DNA from: Vulcanimicrobiota bacterium
Lineage (GTDB): Bacteria; Vulcanimicrobiota; Vulcanimicrobiia; Vulcanimicrobiales; Vulcanimicrobiaceae
DNA: 64,000 nucleotides
Direction: 5' to 3'
NCBI GenBank assembly: GCA_963833095.1
Contig: CAWHWQ010000001.1
Span: forward strand, 512,001-576,000
Of the stretch, positions 49,988-58,786 are shown one piece after another. How positions within the stretch are numbered: the stretch's first letter is position 1; each line of letters begins with the position of its first letter. Position numbers and translations under genes: made by a program. The notes below the pieces were generated by a model. It was not told the DNA's origin and ran no database searches. It saw only the letters and a list, made by a program, of their open reading frames with translations.

Positions 49988-51036
49988 GCGCTACGCTCCG
50001 CTATCGCGGTTCGCAGGCTGTCCAAACCGGAGCCCGTTCGAGCACTGACATGTAGCGCTTCCCTCGACTTCGCTTCGCCACGCTCGGGATGACAATCCCA
50101 TTTGTTAAATACGGTTATCCTTGGTTTTGCGTCGAGTTCGAGATCGTGCAGTTGCGCCTCGACCGCGACCTGCTGTCGCGGCCAATCCGGATTCGAGGCG
50201 TCGAGCACGTGCACGAGCAGATCGGCCTCGCGCAACTCTTCGAGCGTGCTGCGAAAGGCGTTGACCAGATCCTTAGGTAGATCGGTGATGAATCCAACGG
50301 TATCTGCGACGCGCACGTATTCACCGGGGCGCAGGTAGACGCGGCGAATCGTCGGATCGAGTGTGGCGAAGGGCTGATCGGCGACAAAGACGTCGCTGCG
50401 CGCAAGCGCATTGAGCAGCGAAGATTTTCCGGCGTTCGTGTAGCCGACGAGCGCGACCAACGGCTCGCGGTGCGGTGCGCTGCGCCGCGTTCCACGCTGA
50501 CGCTTGACGTCCTCGAGTTGGCGCCGCAAAACCGTGATGCGGCTCTGGATGCGACGCCGATCGACCTCGAGTTTGGTTTCGCCGGGACCGCGCGTGCCGA
50601 TACCGCCGCCCAGACGCGACAGGTCAGCGCCGACACCGATCAGATTCGACTGGCGATAGCGTAACTGCGCGAGCTCGACTTGAAGCTTGCCCTCGCGGCT
50701 GCGGGCATGGCGCGCAAAGACATCCAAAATCAGCATCGTGCGATCGACGATCGGCACGGGGATTACCTTTTCGAGATTCTTTCGCTGACGCGGGCGCAGA
50801 TCGTTGAGCACGAGGACGAGATCGGCTCGGTGATCTTTGACCAGATCCGCGATCTCGCGCGCCTTGCCGCTGCCGACCAGCGTTGCCGGATCGACGTGCT
50901 CGCGCCGCTGAACGACGCGCGCGACGATCTGCGCGCCGGCCGCTTGCGCGAGCGCTTCGAGTTCTACGAGTTCGGGTTCGAGTGGTCGGTCGGGGTCATT
51001 TGTGTCGACAGCGACGACAAGCGTTCGATTAGCCAG
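49984..51036 (-). CDS. hflX: GTPase HflX (short form)
   Basis: GSGKAREI, DRTMLILDVF.RHA.S.EGKLQVELAQL, RGPGETKLE.DRR, GYTNAGKS, FATLDPT, DTVGF, NKWD, SARTG. Probable CTG start. Confidence 0.92.
   Translation of the reverse strand: MANRTLVVAVDTNDPDRPLEPELVELEALAQAAGAQIVARVVQRREHVDPATLVGSGKAREIADLVKDHRADLVLVLNDLRPRQRKNLEKVIPVPIVDRTMLILDVFARHARSREGKLQVELAQLRYRQSNLIGVGADLSRLGGGIGTRGPGETKLEVDRRRIQSRITVLRRQLEDVKRQRGTRRSAPHREPLVALVGYTNAGKSSLLNALARSDVFVADQPFATLDPTIRRVYLRPGEYVRVADTVGFITDLPKDLVNAFRSTLEELREADLLVHVLDASNPDWPRQQVAVEAQLHDLELDAKPRITVFNKWDCHPERGEAKSREALHVSARTGSGLDSLRTAIAERSA
50060..50095. repeat. REP half element inserted in-frame in hflX
   Basis: TCCCTCGACTTCGCTTCGCCACGCTCGGGATGACAA matches both right arms of the 24.8-kb element and encodes CHPERGEAKSR. 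Confidence 0.75.
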
Positions 51037-51785
51037 CGGAGTCCCTCGTTGTAATGTGGCCCCGGGCGGAAGAGTGCGTTCTCGATGCGCGGGTCGCTGA
51101 TAGCGAACACGTGTCCTTCGCGCACGGCGCGCAAGCTCCGCCACGGCTCTCGCGTCTGCACCGACGTAAGATCCGTATCGTGTCCGGCGACAATTGCATC
51201 GGGTTGTGCCCGTATCAAGGCCTCATCGCTGTATTCGCCCCATGGCGACGCTAAATCGGCCGCCGCATCGCGGCCGCCGGCCAACTCGATCAGCCGTCCG
51301 ATGTACGACGCGGGCCCAACGGTCCAAATCGGCCCGGTGCCCAGCGCTACGAATACCGAGGGCCGGTACCGGTGGTGCGCGACCGTCGCGTGCAGCCGCG
51401 CGGTTTCGCTCTTGAGCGCGGCGATCTCGGCGCGCGCTTGCGCGGCATGTCCGGTCAGTTGCCCGAGCGTTTGGAGATCGGTGAAGATGTCGTCGTAGGT
51501 GTCTTCGGGAATAAACACGACGCGAATTCCCGCGCGTTGTAGCGGAGCAACCAAGCGCATTTGCGACGCAATCCCGACAACGAGGTCGGGATGAAGCGCG
51601 AGGATCCGCTCGGAATCGACGCTCGCAAAATCGCCGACGACCGCCTTGGCGCTCGCGCCGGGCACATCGCCGGAGAACTTCGAGATACCGACCAGTTGGG
51701 CGCACGCCCCAATCGCGCACACGTCTTCTGCGAACGACGGTATGAGCGTCACGATACGCAGTGCGAGAATCAAGTGCAAGAACAT
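50964..51785 (-). CDS. btuF: Cobalamin-binding periplasmic protein
   Basis: RIVTLIPSFAE..CAIG..LVG, ERILALHPDLV, LIELAGG, W..L.AVR.GHV, RPGP; adjacent to the B12 riboswitch cluster. Confidence 0.82.
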   Translation of the reverse strand: MFLHLILALRIVTLIPSFAEDVCAIGACAQLVGISKFSGDVPGASAKAVVGDFASVDSERILALHPDLVVGIASQMRLVAPLQRAGIRVVFIPEDTYDDIFTDLQTLGQLTGHAAQARAEIAALKSETARLHATVAHHRYRPSVFVALGTGPIWTVGPASYIGRLIELAGGRDAAADLASPWGEYSDEALIRAQPDAIVAGHDTDLTSVQTREPWRSLRAVREGHVFAISDPRIENALFRPGPHYNEGLRWLIERLSSLSTQMTPTDHSNPNS

Positions 51786-51835
51786 GGTCGTATCCCCTTT
51801 CGCGGCAGGTAACGACGCGCGCCTCTCCAAAAGCC

Positions 51836-51985
51836 GCCGGTCAGGTTTGCTGCGCGGGAAGCCGGTGAGATGCCGGCGCGGTCGCGCCACTGTATGCGGG
51901 GAGCCGTTCCGCTGCCACTGCTCGATGTTCGGGCGGGAAGGCACGGAACTCGAGGCTACGATCCGCGAGTCAGGATACCGCTGCA
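51836..51985 (+). promoter_or_regulatory. Cobalamin riboswitch
   Basis: GGGAAGCCGGTGAGATGCCGGCGCGGTCGCGCCACTGT..GCCACTG..GGGAAGG..GAGTCAGGATACC (B12 box) upstream of btuB. Confidence 0.9.
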
Positions 51986-52028
51986 AGCCTCGTGCACTCT
52001 CCATTCCTCGCGTAAGGGAAGGCTTGCT

Positions 52029-53888
52029 ATGATTTCATTGGCCGCGCTGCGCGTGCTCGCCGCAGCCGTCGTCTCATTCTCCCCCTCTCCTTCACCCTCA
52101 CCCTCACCGCTGCTTCCACAGATCGCGCACGTCGTGACATCGGACCGCTCCGACGAAACGCTGCGCAACAGCGTACGTACGACCTACGTGGTAACCGCCG
52201 CAGACATTGCGCGCAACGGCTATCGCACCGTATCGGACGCGCTGGTGAACATTCCGGCCGTCGAGATCGCAAACTACGGCCCAATCGGTACGCAGGTCGA
52301 TTACGGGATTCGCGGCACCAGCTCGGCGCAAGTACTCGTGCTTATCGACGGTCAGCCCGCTCCGGGCGGACTCGCCGATTCGGTGGAACTTGGTACGCTC
52401 TCAACCGCCGGCGTAGCGCGCATCGAAATCGTCGAAGGCGGCGGCTCGACGCTTTATGGCACCGGTGCGATCGGCGGCATCATCAACGTCATCACCGACG
52501 GGAGCCGCGTGCCCGCGACGGCGACCTTGCGATACGGCTCGTTCGACGACACCGAACTGCACGCGCAAGGGGCCGGCCTTACCTTCGATCGTGTGGTCGC
52601 AGCAAACAACTATGCGCTGCCGCCGGACTCCATCGACGGAATTCCCGGTCCCACGACGCGCAACAGTCCCTATCAAGGCACGACGGCGCGCTATGGCTTC
52701 GAGCGCGCGCTCGGCGCGATTGACGTTTCCTTTCGCGCTTCGCTTGAAAGCGACAACGTCGGCGTTGACGGGCCCTACCCGAATTTCTCTTCGACCAGTT
52801 ACGAAGACGACGTCAACGAGGACGGCGTGTTGACGCTTGCGCTGCGCCGCCCAAGATCCAATGCCAGCCTTTCACTCGATGGAGGACGTCAGCAGATCGT
52901 TTTCGATTGCACGATAGCGATCGACGCAAACTGCTATCAGAATACGGCATCGCTGGACACCGAGGTGCGCTCGGGCTTGAGCCTGCGCGACGTGATCACC
53001 GCAAGCAACGAGCGCACGATCTACGGCATCGATCTCTCGCGCGGCGTCGTGCGCGGCGATGACGGCGCCGGCGACATTTCTACCAATGCGCTCGCGCAGA
53101 GCGCCGGCTACGTGCAGCAGACCTGGACCTTGGCCCGTGACGAGTTCTATGCCGGACTGCGCGGCGAACGCGACGGCACGCTCGGCGGCGAGTTCTCGCC
53201 CTCGATCGGTGGACGCTTCGACCTCTCGAACGCGCTGACGCTCAAAGCCAACGTCGCAACCGCCTTCCGCGCTCCGAATGCAAGCGAACTCTACTTTCCG
53301 TTCTACGGTAATCCCGATCTGGTTCCCGAACGCGCGAAGGTCGGTGACCTGACCTTGAGCGACGACCGCGTCCTCGGCGGCGTTGCCCTTGGATGGTTCG
53401 ACAACTACACGCGCGAGTTGATCGTGGCCGATCCGGCTAATAATTATTTGCCGGAAAACGTCGATCACGCGCACATCGAGGGCTTGACCTTCGATGCAAA
53501 GACGCTGCCGCGCCACGGCATCAGCGCCACAATCAACGCAACCGATCTCTATCTCGCGCAAGATCTCGACGCGCAAACACGCCTGCCCAACGATCCCGTG
53601 TTCAGCGTCAACCTCGGACTCGTCTACCGCGGGAGCGCCCGCGCGTGGCTGAACGAGGCCGGAATCAGCGAACGCGCGGTCGGGGCGCGCGGCGCGGTCG
53701 ATCCGACGCAACCGCTCTTCTATCAGCCGGCAGCCTACAGCGATTTAACCGCTTACACGAGCTTTCGCCTCGCGCCGAAGATGCTGCTGACGGTGCGCGG
53801 ATACAATCTGGGCAACGAACGGTACGCTGAGGTGAGCGGCTATCCCATGCCCGGACGCACCTTTGCAGTCGAGCTCACTGCAAAATAG
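52029..53888 (+). CDS. btuB: TonB-dependent cobalamin receptor
   Basis: Plug motifs IRG....QVLVLIDG and RIEIVEGGGSTLYG.GAIGGIINVIT; AFRAP..ELY; NL.NERY..GYPMPGRTF. Confidence 0.88.
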   Translation: MISLAALRVLAAAVVSFSPSPSPSPSPLLPQIAHVVTSDRSDETLRNSVRTTYVVTAADIARNGYRTVSDALVNIPAVEIANYGPIGTQVDYGIRGTSSAQVLVLIDGQPAPGGLADSVELGTLSTAGVARIEIVEGGGSTLYGTGAIGGIINVITDGSRVPATATLRYGSFDDTELHAQGAGLTFDRVVAANNYALPPDSIDGIPGPTTRNSPYQGTTARYGFERALGAIDVSFRASLESDNVGVDGPYPNFSSTSYEDDVNEDGVLTLALRRPRSNASLSLDGGRQQIVFDCTIAIDANCYQNTASLDTEVRSGLSLRDVITASNERTIYGIDLSRGVVRGDDGAGDISTNALAQSAGYVQQTWTLARDEFYAGLRGERDGTLGGEFSPSIGGRFDLSNALTLKANVATAFRAPNASELYFPFYGNPDLVPERAKVGDLTLSDDRVLGGVALGWFDNYTRELIVADPANNYLPENVDHAHIEGLTFDAKTLPRHGISATINATDLYLAQDLDAQTRLPNDPVFSVNLGLVYRGSARAWLNEAGISERAVGARGAVDPTQPLFYQPAAYSDLTAYTSFRLAPKMLLTVRGYNLGNERYAEVSGYPMPGRTFAVELTAK

Positions 53889-53889
53889 T

Positions 53890-54873
53890 ATGAGCGGTTG
53901 GCGGCTCCCGGCGATTCTCGCATTCACGCTGCTCGCGTGCGCTGCCAGCCTGCTCGCCGGTGGAAGTACCATCGCACCGGGCGCGATCATCGGCGCGCTC
54001 CTTCATCCACACGCGCGCGACGACGTCACGACGATCGTGTGGCAACTGCGCATGCCGCGCGTCGCAATCGCCGCAGCGGTAGGCGCGGCACTCGCGGTCG
54101 GCGGCGCATTGCTGCAAGGCATGCTGCGCAATCCGCTGGTCGATCCGTATCTCACCGGCGTGAGCGCCGGCGCAGCGGCGGCGATTTCGCTCGCGGTGCT
54201 CTCCGGCATCGCGGTGCCGTTTCTTCCCGCACTAGGCTTTGTCGCGGGATTGCTCACGGCCATGTTGGTCGCTGCGCTCGCGCGGCGCGGAACCGGCGTC
54301 GATCCCAACCGCTTGATTTTGGCAGGCATCTCGATTTCAGCGCTGTTTTCGGCAATCGTCGCTTTTGCCATCGCGCGCTCGAACTCGCTCGACGCGGCGC
54401 AATCGATCCTTGCATGGCTGGCGGGATCGATGGCAGGTCACGGCTGGCGCGATTTACTGTTCGCTGCGCCCTATCTCGCCGCCGGAGCGATCCTCGCGCT
54501 GCTGGCCGCGCCCTCACTCGACGCGTTGCGCGTTGGCGACATACGCGCGCGCGCGGTCGGCGTCGACGTGGATCGCGCGCAATGGCTGATCCTCGCTTCG
54601 ACCTCACTACTCGCAGCCGCCGGGGTCGCGCTGGCGGGGATGGTGGGGTTCATCGGGCTCATCGTGCCGCACGTCGCGCGGCGCATCGTCGGCTCTGGGG
54701 CGCGCGCCCTACTTCCCGCGTGCGCGCTGTGCGGAGCGTCACTTTGCGCGCTCGCCGACGCGGTTGCGCGCAGCGTCGTGGCGCCGTCGGAATTGCCGAT
54801 CGGCGTGCTCCTCGCGTTCATCGGCGTCCCGGCGTTCCTCTACCTGTATTTGCAACAGGAGCGCCCCGTGTGA
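53890..54873 (+). CDS. btuC: Cobalamin/iron-siderophore ABC permease
   Basis: LRMPR, LQGMLRNPLVDPY.TGVSAGA, GFIGLIVPH.AR, ELPIG..GVP.FL. Confidence 0.85.
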   Translation: MSGWRLPAILAFTLLACAASLLAGGSTIAPGAIIGALLHPHARDDVTTIVWQLRMPRVAIAAAVGAALAVGGALLQGMLRNPLVDPYLTGVSAGAAAAISLAVLSGIAVPFLPALGFVAGLLTAMLVAALARRGTGVDPNRLILAGISISALFSAIVAFAIARSNSLDAAQSILAWLAGSMAGHGWRDLLFAAPYLAAGAILALLAAPSLDALRVGDIRARAVGVDVDRAQWLILASTSLLAAAGVALAGMVGFIGLIVPHVARRIVGSGARALLPACALCGASLCALADAVARSVVAPSELPIGVLLAFIGVPAFLYLYLQQERPV

Positions 54874-55640
54874 TTGCGCTTGAATCGGTCTCGATCGGCG
54901 TCGCGCGACGGATCCTCGTGCGCGATATCGACGCGCGCTTTGCGGCCGGTGAGTTCGTTGCGGTACTGGGACCCAATGGTGTCGGCAAAACGACGCTCCT
55001 GCGCGCGATCTGCGGAATTCGTCCGACGATCGCGGGCCGAATCGAGCTCCACGGCACCCCCCTGCGCGCGCTCTCGCCGAGCGAACGCGCGCGAGCGATC
55101 GCGTTTGTTACTAGCGACGATGCGATGATCGAGACGTTGCGCGTGCGCGACGTCGTTGCGATCGGCCGTTTTCCCCATCACCCATGGTGGGAATGGAGCG
55201 CGAGCGCGCTCGATGACGTAGCGATCGACCGCGCGCTCCTTGCAGTAAGCATGCAACACGAGCAACATCGCCTTCTCAGCACACTTTCCAGCGGCGAACG
55301 CCAACGCGTGTGGATCGCGATGGGTCTCGCCCAAGAGACACCGGTGCTCGTCCTCGACGAACCGACGAGCCATCTCGACGTGCGCGTAGCGCACGAAATT
55401 CTCGCGTTGCTACGTAGGCTCGCCCGCGAAGGCCGCACGATCGTCTGCGTGCTCCACGATCTCAATGACGCCGCGGCCTATGCCGATCGACTGATGCTTT
55501 TAGGGTGCGAGCGCATGTTGTCGTTCGACGTTCCAGGGCGCGTCCTCGCGCCCGAACTCATCGAGCGCGCGTACGGAATCGCAGTAACGCGGGTCGAGAC
55601 CCCCGAGGGACCTCGGGTTTTCGCGGCTGTCCGTGCTTGA
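54870..55640 (+). CDS. btuD: Cobalamin/iron-siderophore ABC ATPase
   Basis: GPNGVGKTT, LSSGERQRV, LDEPTSHLD, VLHDLN. Confidence 0.85.
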   Translation: MIALESVSIGVARRILVRDIDARFAAGEFVAVLGPNGVGKTTLLRAICGIRPTIAGRIELHGTPLRALSPSERARAIAFVTSDDAMIETLRVRDVVAIGRFPHHPWWEWSASALDDVAIDRALLAVSMQHEQHRLLSTLSSGERQRVWIAMGLAQETPVLVLDEPTSHLDVRVAHEILALLRRLAREGRTIVCVLHDLNDAAAYADRLMLLGCERMLSFDVPGRVLAPELIERAYGIAVTRVETPEGPRVFAAVRA

Positions 55641-56010
55641 GCTCGCGAATGGCTGAGCCGAGCACCCAGCCGCGCTGACCACGCAGTGGTCCCGCCGTGA
55701 TGATGATGCCGATCGCGTCCTCGGGCTGCGCGACGTACTTCGATTGCACAAAGTCCGAGACGCAGCTCTCAACCGTGGCGCGCGTACCCGGCCGTACCAG
55801 GGTCGCGTGAGGCAAGAGCGCTTTCATCTGATCGAAGGTTCCGCCTTCGTAGTCGCGCAGCCGAAAACGCGAATCCCACACGAAGACGTCGGGATCGTCC
55901 GTTGTGCCGAAGAGCACGACCCGATCGTTGACCTGCATGCGGCAATCCGCCAGCGCCGCATGCGGCGCGAGAAGCAAGAGCAGGAGGGCGAGCGCGCTAA
56001 TCGTACGCAT
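55558..56010 (-). CDS. Hypothetical secreted protein
   Basis: Signal peptide MRTISALALLLLLLAPHAALA; GGAGG SD; two Cys; SH3-like G.RGWV motif. Confidence 0.6.
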   Translation of the reverse strand: MRTISALALLLLLLAPHAALADCRMQVNDRVVLFGTTDDPDVFVWDSRFRLRDYEGGTFDQMKALLPHATLVRPGTRATVESCVSDFVQSKYVAQPEDAIGIIITAGPLRGQRGWVLGSAIRELKHGQPRKPEVPRGSRPALLRFRTRAR

Positions 56011-57376
56011 CCGAACCTCCCGGTTCATGAACGCGAATCGCGAGCACCGCAACATCGTCGCGCGTGCGGTTTCCGCCGAGCGCTTTGACCTGCGCGACCA
56101 ACTCGTCGGCCAGAAGCTGTGGTTGAGGATTGCTCGCGCGAATCAACTCCATCGCGCCTTCCTCGTACAACTGTTCGCCGGCGCGGTTGCGCGCTTCGGT
56201 GAGACCATCTGTCACGAGAACGAGCGTGTCGCCGTCTTCAAGGTAGAGCGTCTTGGTTTCGAACGGCTCCTCCATCACGCCAAGAACGGGGCCCGTCACG
56301 GCGAGCTGCTGCACGTCGTCGGCGCGGCGAACAAACGCCGAGTCGTGCCCGGCGCTGGCGTAGCGAAACTGCAGCGTCTGCGTGTCGAGCACGCCCACGA
56401 ACATCGAGACGAAGAGGTATGGGTTCTCGACCGTCTGCGAAAATGCCGTATTGAATTCGGCGAGCATCGCGCCGGGATCGCGGCGGCGCAGCGCGATGCC
56501 GCGAATCGTAAATTTGATGAACGCGGTCAACACGGCTGCGTCGACGCCTTTGCCGCTGACATCGGCAATAAAGGCCATTGCAAGCGTGTCGGAAAGCCGG
56601 TACACGTCGAAGACGTCGCCGCCCACCGCTAGATGGCTGCTGGCGGAGAGATAGGCGCTCCCAACCTCGCAGTTCGGGAGCGGAACGTGCTCGCTGCGAA
56701 AGGCCCGCTGTAGGATCTCCGTCGTCGTTCGCTCCTCTTCGAGTTCGCTTACCAGGCGAGAACGAAACCCGTTGAAGAGAATTGCCAGCAACCCAAAGAG
56801 CGCGAGCCAAAAGGTTCGGGTCCACGTGTCACGATTGATCTGCTCTTGCGTCGAGCGCGCCAGCTCCGCGTTGCGTTGCGCGAGGGCGTCGCGAATGAAA
56901 CTTCCCGTTCGGTTTTCGTAGTCCGAGAAGGCCTTGTTCTCTTTGTCCATCTCGGGCACGGCGTGTTCAGGCGATGCAAGCAACGGCTGGGCGATCTTCC
57001 TGCGCCAATTGTTCTGCAGGGAAACGTAATCTTCGAGCGTGCGAGCTGCAGGCGAGAGATGCTGCTCGGCCAGAACCGACGCGACATCTGCCACCTTCTG
57101 GTCAAAGTCTTGCGCCGTAGAGATGTACTGTTGTTCGTAAAAGGGATCGCGCGTAAGGACGTAGCCACGAACCGAGTTTTCTTCGTCGATCTGCAGCCGC
57201 AAGAGCTCTTCGAGACCAAGCTGAGCCTGCACGATTCGCGACTGTGCGTCAAAAGTCTGCGCGATGTTCGCTCGCGTCGCGAAGGCGCCTTGAACCGCGA
57301 TTCCGAGGACGAGGACCAAAAAGGCGGTCCAAACCAGAGCCCCAGGCACGTGCAGGAATGACGTGCGGGACTTCAC
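55997..57376 (-). CDS. CHASE3-sensor SpoIIE/RsbU-type PP2C phosphatase
   Basis: DEENSVRGYVLT.DP.Y (CHASE3); VGGDVFD, IADVSGKG, SAGH, TDGLTE, DDVAVL. Confidence 0.9.
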   Translation of the reverse strand: MKSRTSFLHVPGALVWTAFLVLVLGIAVQGAFATRANIAQTFDAQSRIVQAQLGLEELLRLQIDEENSVRGYVLTRDPFYEQQYISTAQDFDQKVADVASVLAEQHLSPAARTLEDYVSLQNNWRRKIAQPLLASPEHAVPEMDKENKAFSDYENRTGSFIRDALAQRNAELARSTQEQINRDTWTRTFWLALFGLLAILFNGFRSRLVSELEEERTTTEILQRAFRSEHVPLPNCEVGSAYLSASSHLAVGGDVFDVYRLSDTLAMAFIADVSGKGVDAAVLTAFIKFTIRGIALRRRDPGAMLAEFNTAFSQTVENPYLFVSMFVGVLDTQTLQFRYASAGHDSAFVRRADDVQQLAVTGPVLGVMEEPFETKTLYLEDGDTLVLVTDGLTEARNRAGEQLYEEGAMELIRASNPQPQLLADELVAQVKALGGNRTRDDVAVLAIRVHEPGGSDAYD

Positions 57377-57424
57377 CGCGCGGCGAAACCGCCGGGGGGT
57401 AGGAGCATTGGACGTTCCGAAATC

Positions 57425-58786
57425 GTGTCAGTCATGCAGATGCAGATAGCGCCTGGTCTCTTTAAGTCGTACGACGTTCGCGGGATTTATCCGTCAGAGA
57501 TCAATGACGAGATCGCCTACGGCATCGGGCGCGCGTTCGTGCCGCTCGTCGGCGCCAAGCGCATCGTGGTCGGCCGCGATATGCGCCCCACCGGCGAGTC
57601 GCTGTTTCGCGCGTTCGCGCGCGGCGCGACGGAATCCGGCGCCGACGTGACCTCCATAGGCATGGTCTCGACCGACGCGCTCTATTTCGCCGTCGGTAAA
57701 TATGGCTTCGACGGCGGCGTGATGATCACAGCATCGCACAATCCCGCGCAATACAATGGAATGAAATTTACGCGCGCTGCCGCCGAAGCGATCTCGCTCG
57801 ATACCGGGCTTGCGCAAATTCGCGATGCAATTGCATCAGGCAACCTGCCGCCCGCCGCACAGCGGCCTGGGGCCATCACCGAGCGCGATATTCTCGACGA
57901 GTTCGCCCAGCATTGCCTCTCGTTCATCGACCGCACGATCGTCAAGCCCTTCAAGATCGCGATCGACGCGGGCAACGGGATGGCGGGCGAAACCGTTCCG
58001 CACGTCTTCAAACACCTTCCCTGTGAGGTCGTTCCGCTCTACTTCGAACTTGACGGGACTTTTCCGAACCATCCGGCGAGCCCGATCGAGCCCGAGAACA
58101 TGGTCGATCTCCAAGCGGCGGTGCGAAAGGAGCACTGCGATCTCGGTGTTGCATTCGACGGTGACGCCGATCGCATGTTCATCGTCGACGAGAAGGGTGA
58201 CCTAATCGACGGCAGCACCGTGACAGCGCTCGTGGCGCTCAACACGCTCAAGAAGTATCCAGGCGCAAAGATCCTTTATAACTTGATCTGCTGCCGCAGC
58301 GTGCCCGAACTCGTGCAGCGCGCCGGCGGCATTCCGATCCGCTCGCAAGTCGGGCATTCGATCATCAAAGCGACAATGCGCGCACAAGACGTTCGCTTTG
58401 GCGGCGAGCACTCCGGGCATTTTTACTTTCAGGACAACTGGTATGCCGACTCGGGCATGATCGCCCTGATGCAGTGTCTCGAACTCTTCAGCGAAGCAGG
58501 CAAGCCGGTAAGCGAAGTGATCGCCCCGATCGATTCGCGCTTTCGCTCAGGCGAGATCAATAGCCAGGTCACCAACGCTACGGCGAAACTCGACGAGTTG
58601 CAAAATCATTATAAGGATGCGCAGATCGATCATCTCGACGGCGTGACCATCTCCTATCCGCATTGGTGGATGAACGTACGTCCTTCGAACACCGAGCCGC
58701 TGTTGCGTCTCAACGTGGAGGGCGACACCAAGGAGCTGATGGAGCGCCACCGCGACGAAGCCCTTGCGATCATCCGGGAGAAATAG
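57425..58786 (+). CDS. manB: Phosphomannomutase/phosphoglucomutase
   Basis: FKSYDVRG, ITASHNP, DGDADR, GGEHSGH, VRPSNTEP. Confidence 0.92.
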   Translation: MSVMQMQIAPGLFKSYDVRGIYPSEINDEIAYGIGRAFVPLVGAKRIVVGRDMRPTGESLFRAFARGATESGADVTSIGMVSTDALYFAVGKYGFDGGVMITASHNPAQYNGMKFTRAAAEAISLDTGLAQIRDAIASGNLPPAAQRPGAITERDILDEFAQHCLSFIDRTIVKPFKIAIDAGNGMAGETVPHVFKHLPCEVVPLYFELDGTFPNHPASPIEPENMVDLQAAVRKEHCDLGVAFDGDADRMFIVDEKGDLIDGSTVTALVALNTLKKYPGAKILYNLICCRSVPELVQRAGGIPIRSQVGHSIIKATMRAQDVRFGGEHSGHFYFQDNWYADSGMIALMQCLELFSEAGKPVSEVIAPIDSRFRSGEINSQVTNATAKLDELQNHYKDAQIDHLDGVTISYPHWWMNVRPSNTEPLLRLNVEGDTKELMERHRDEALAIIREK

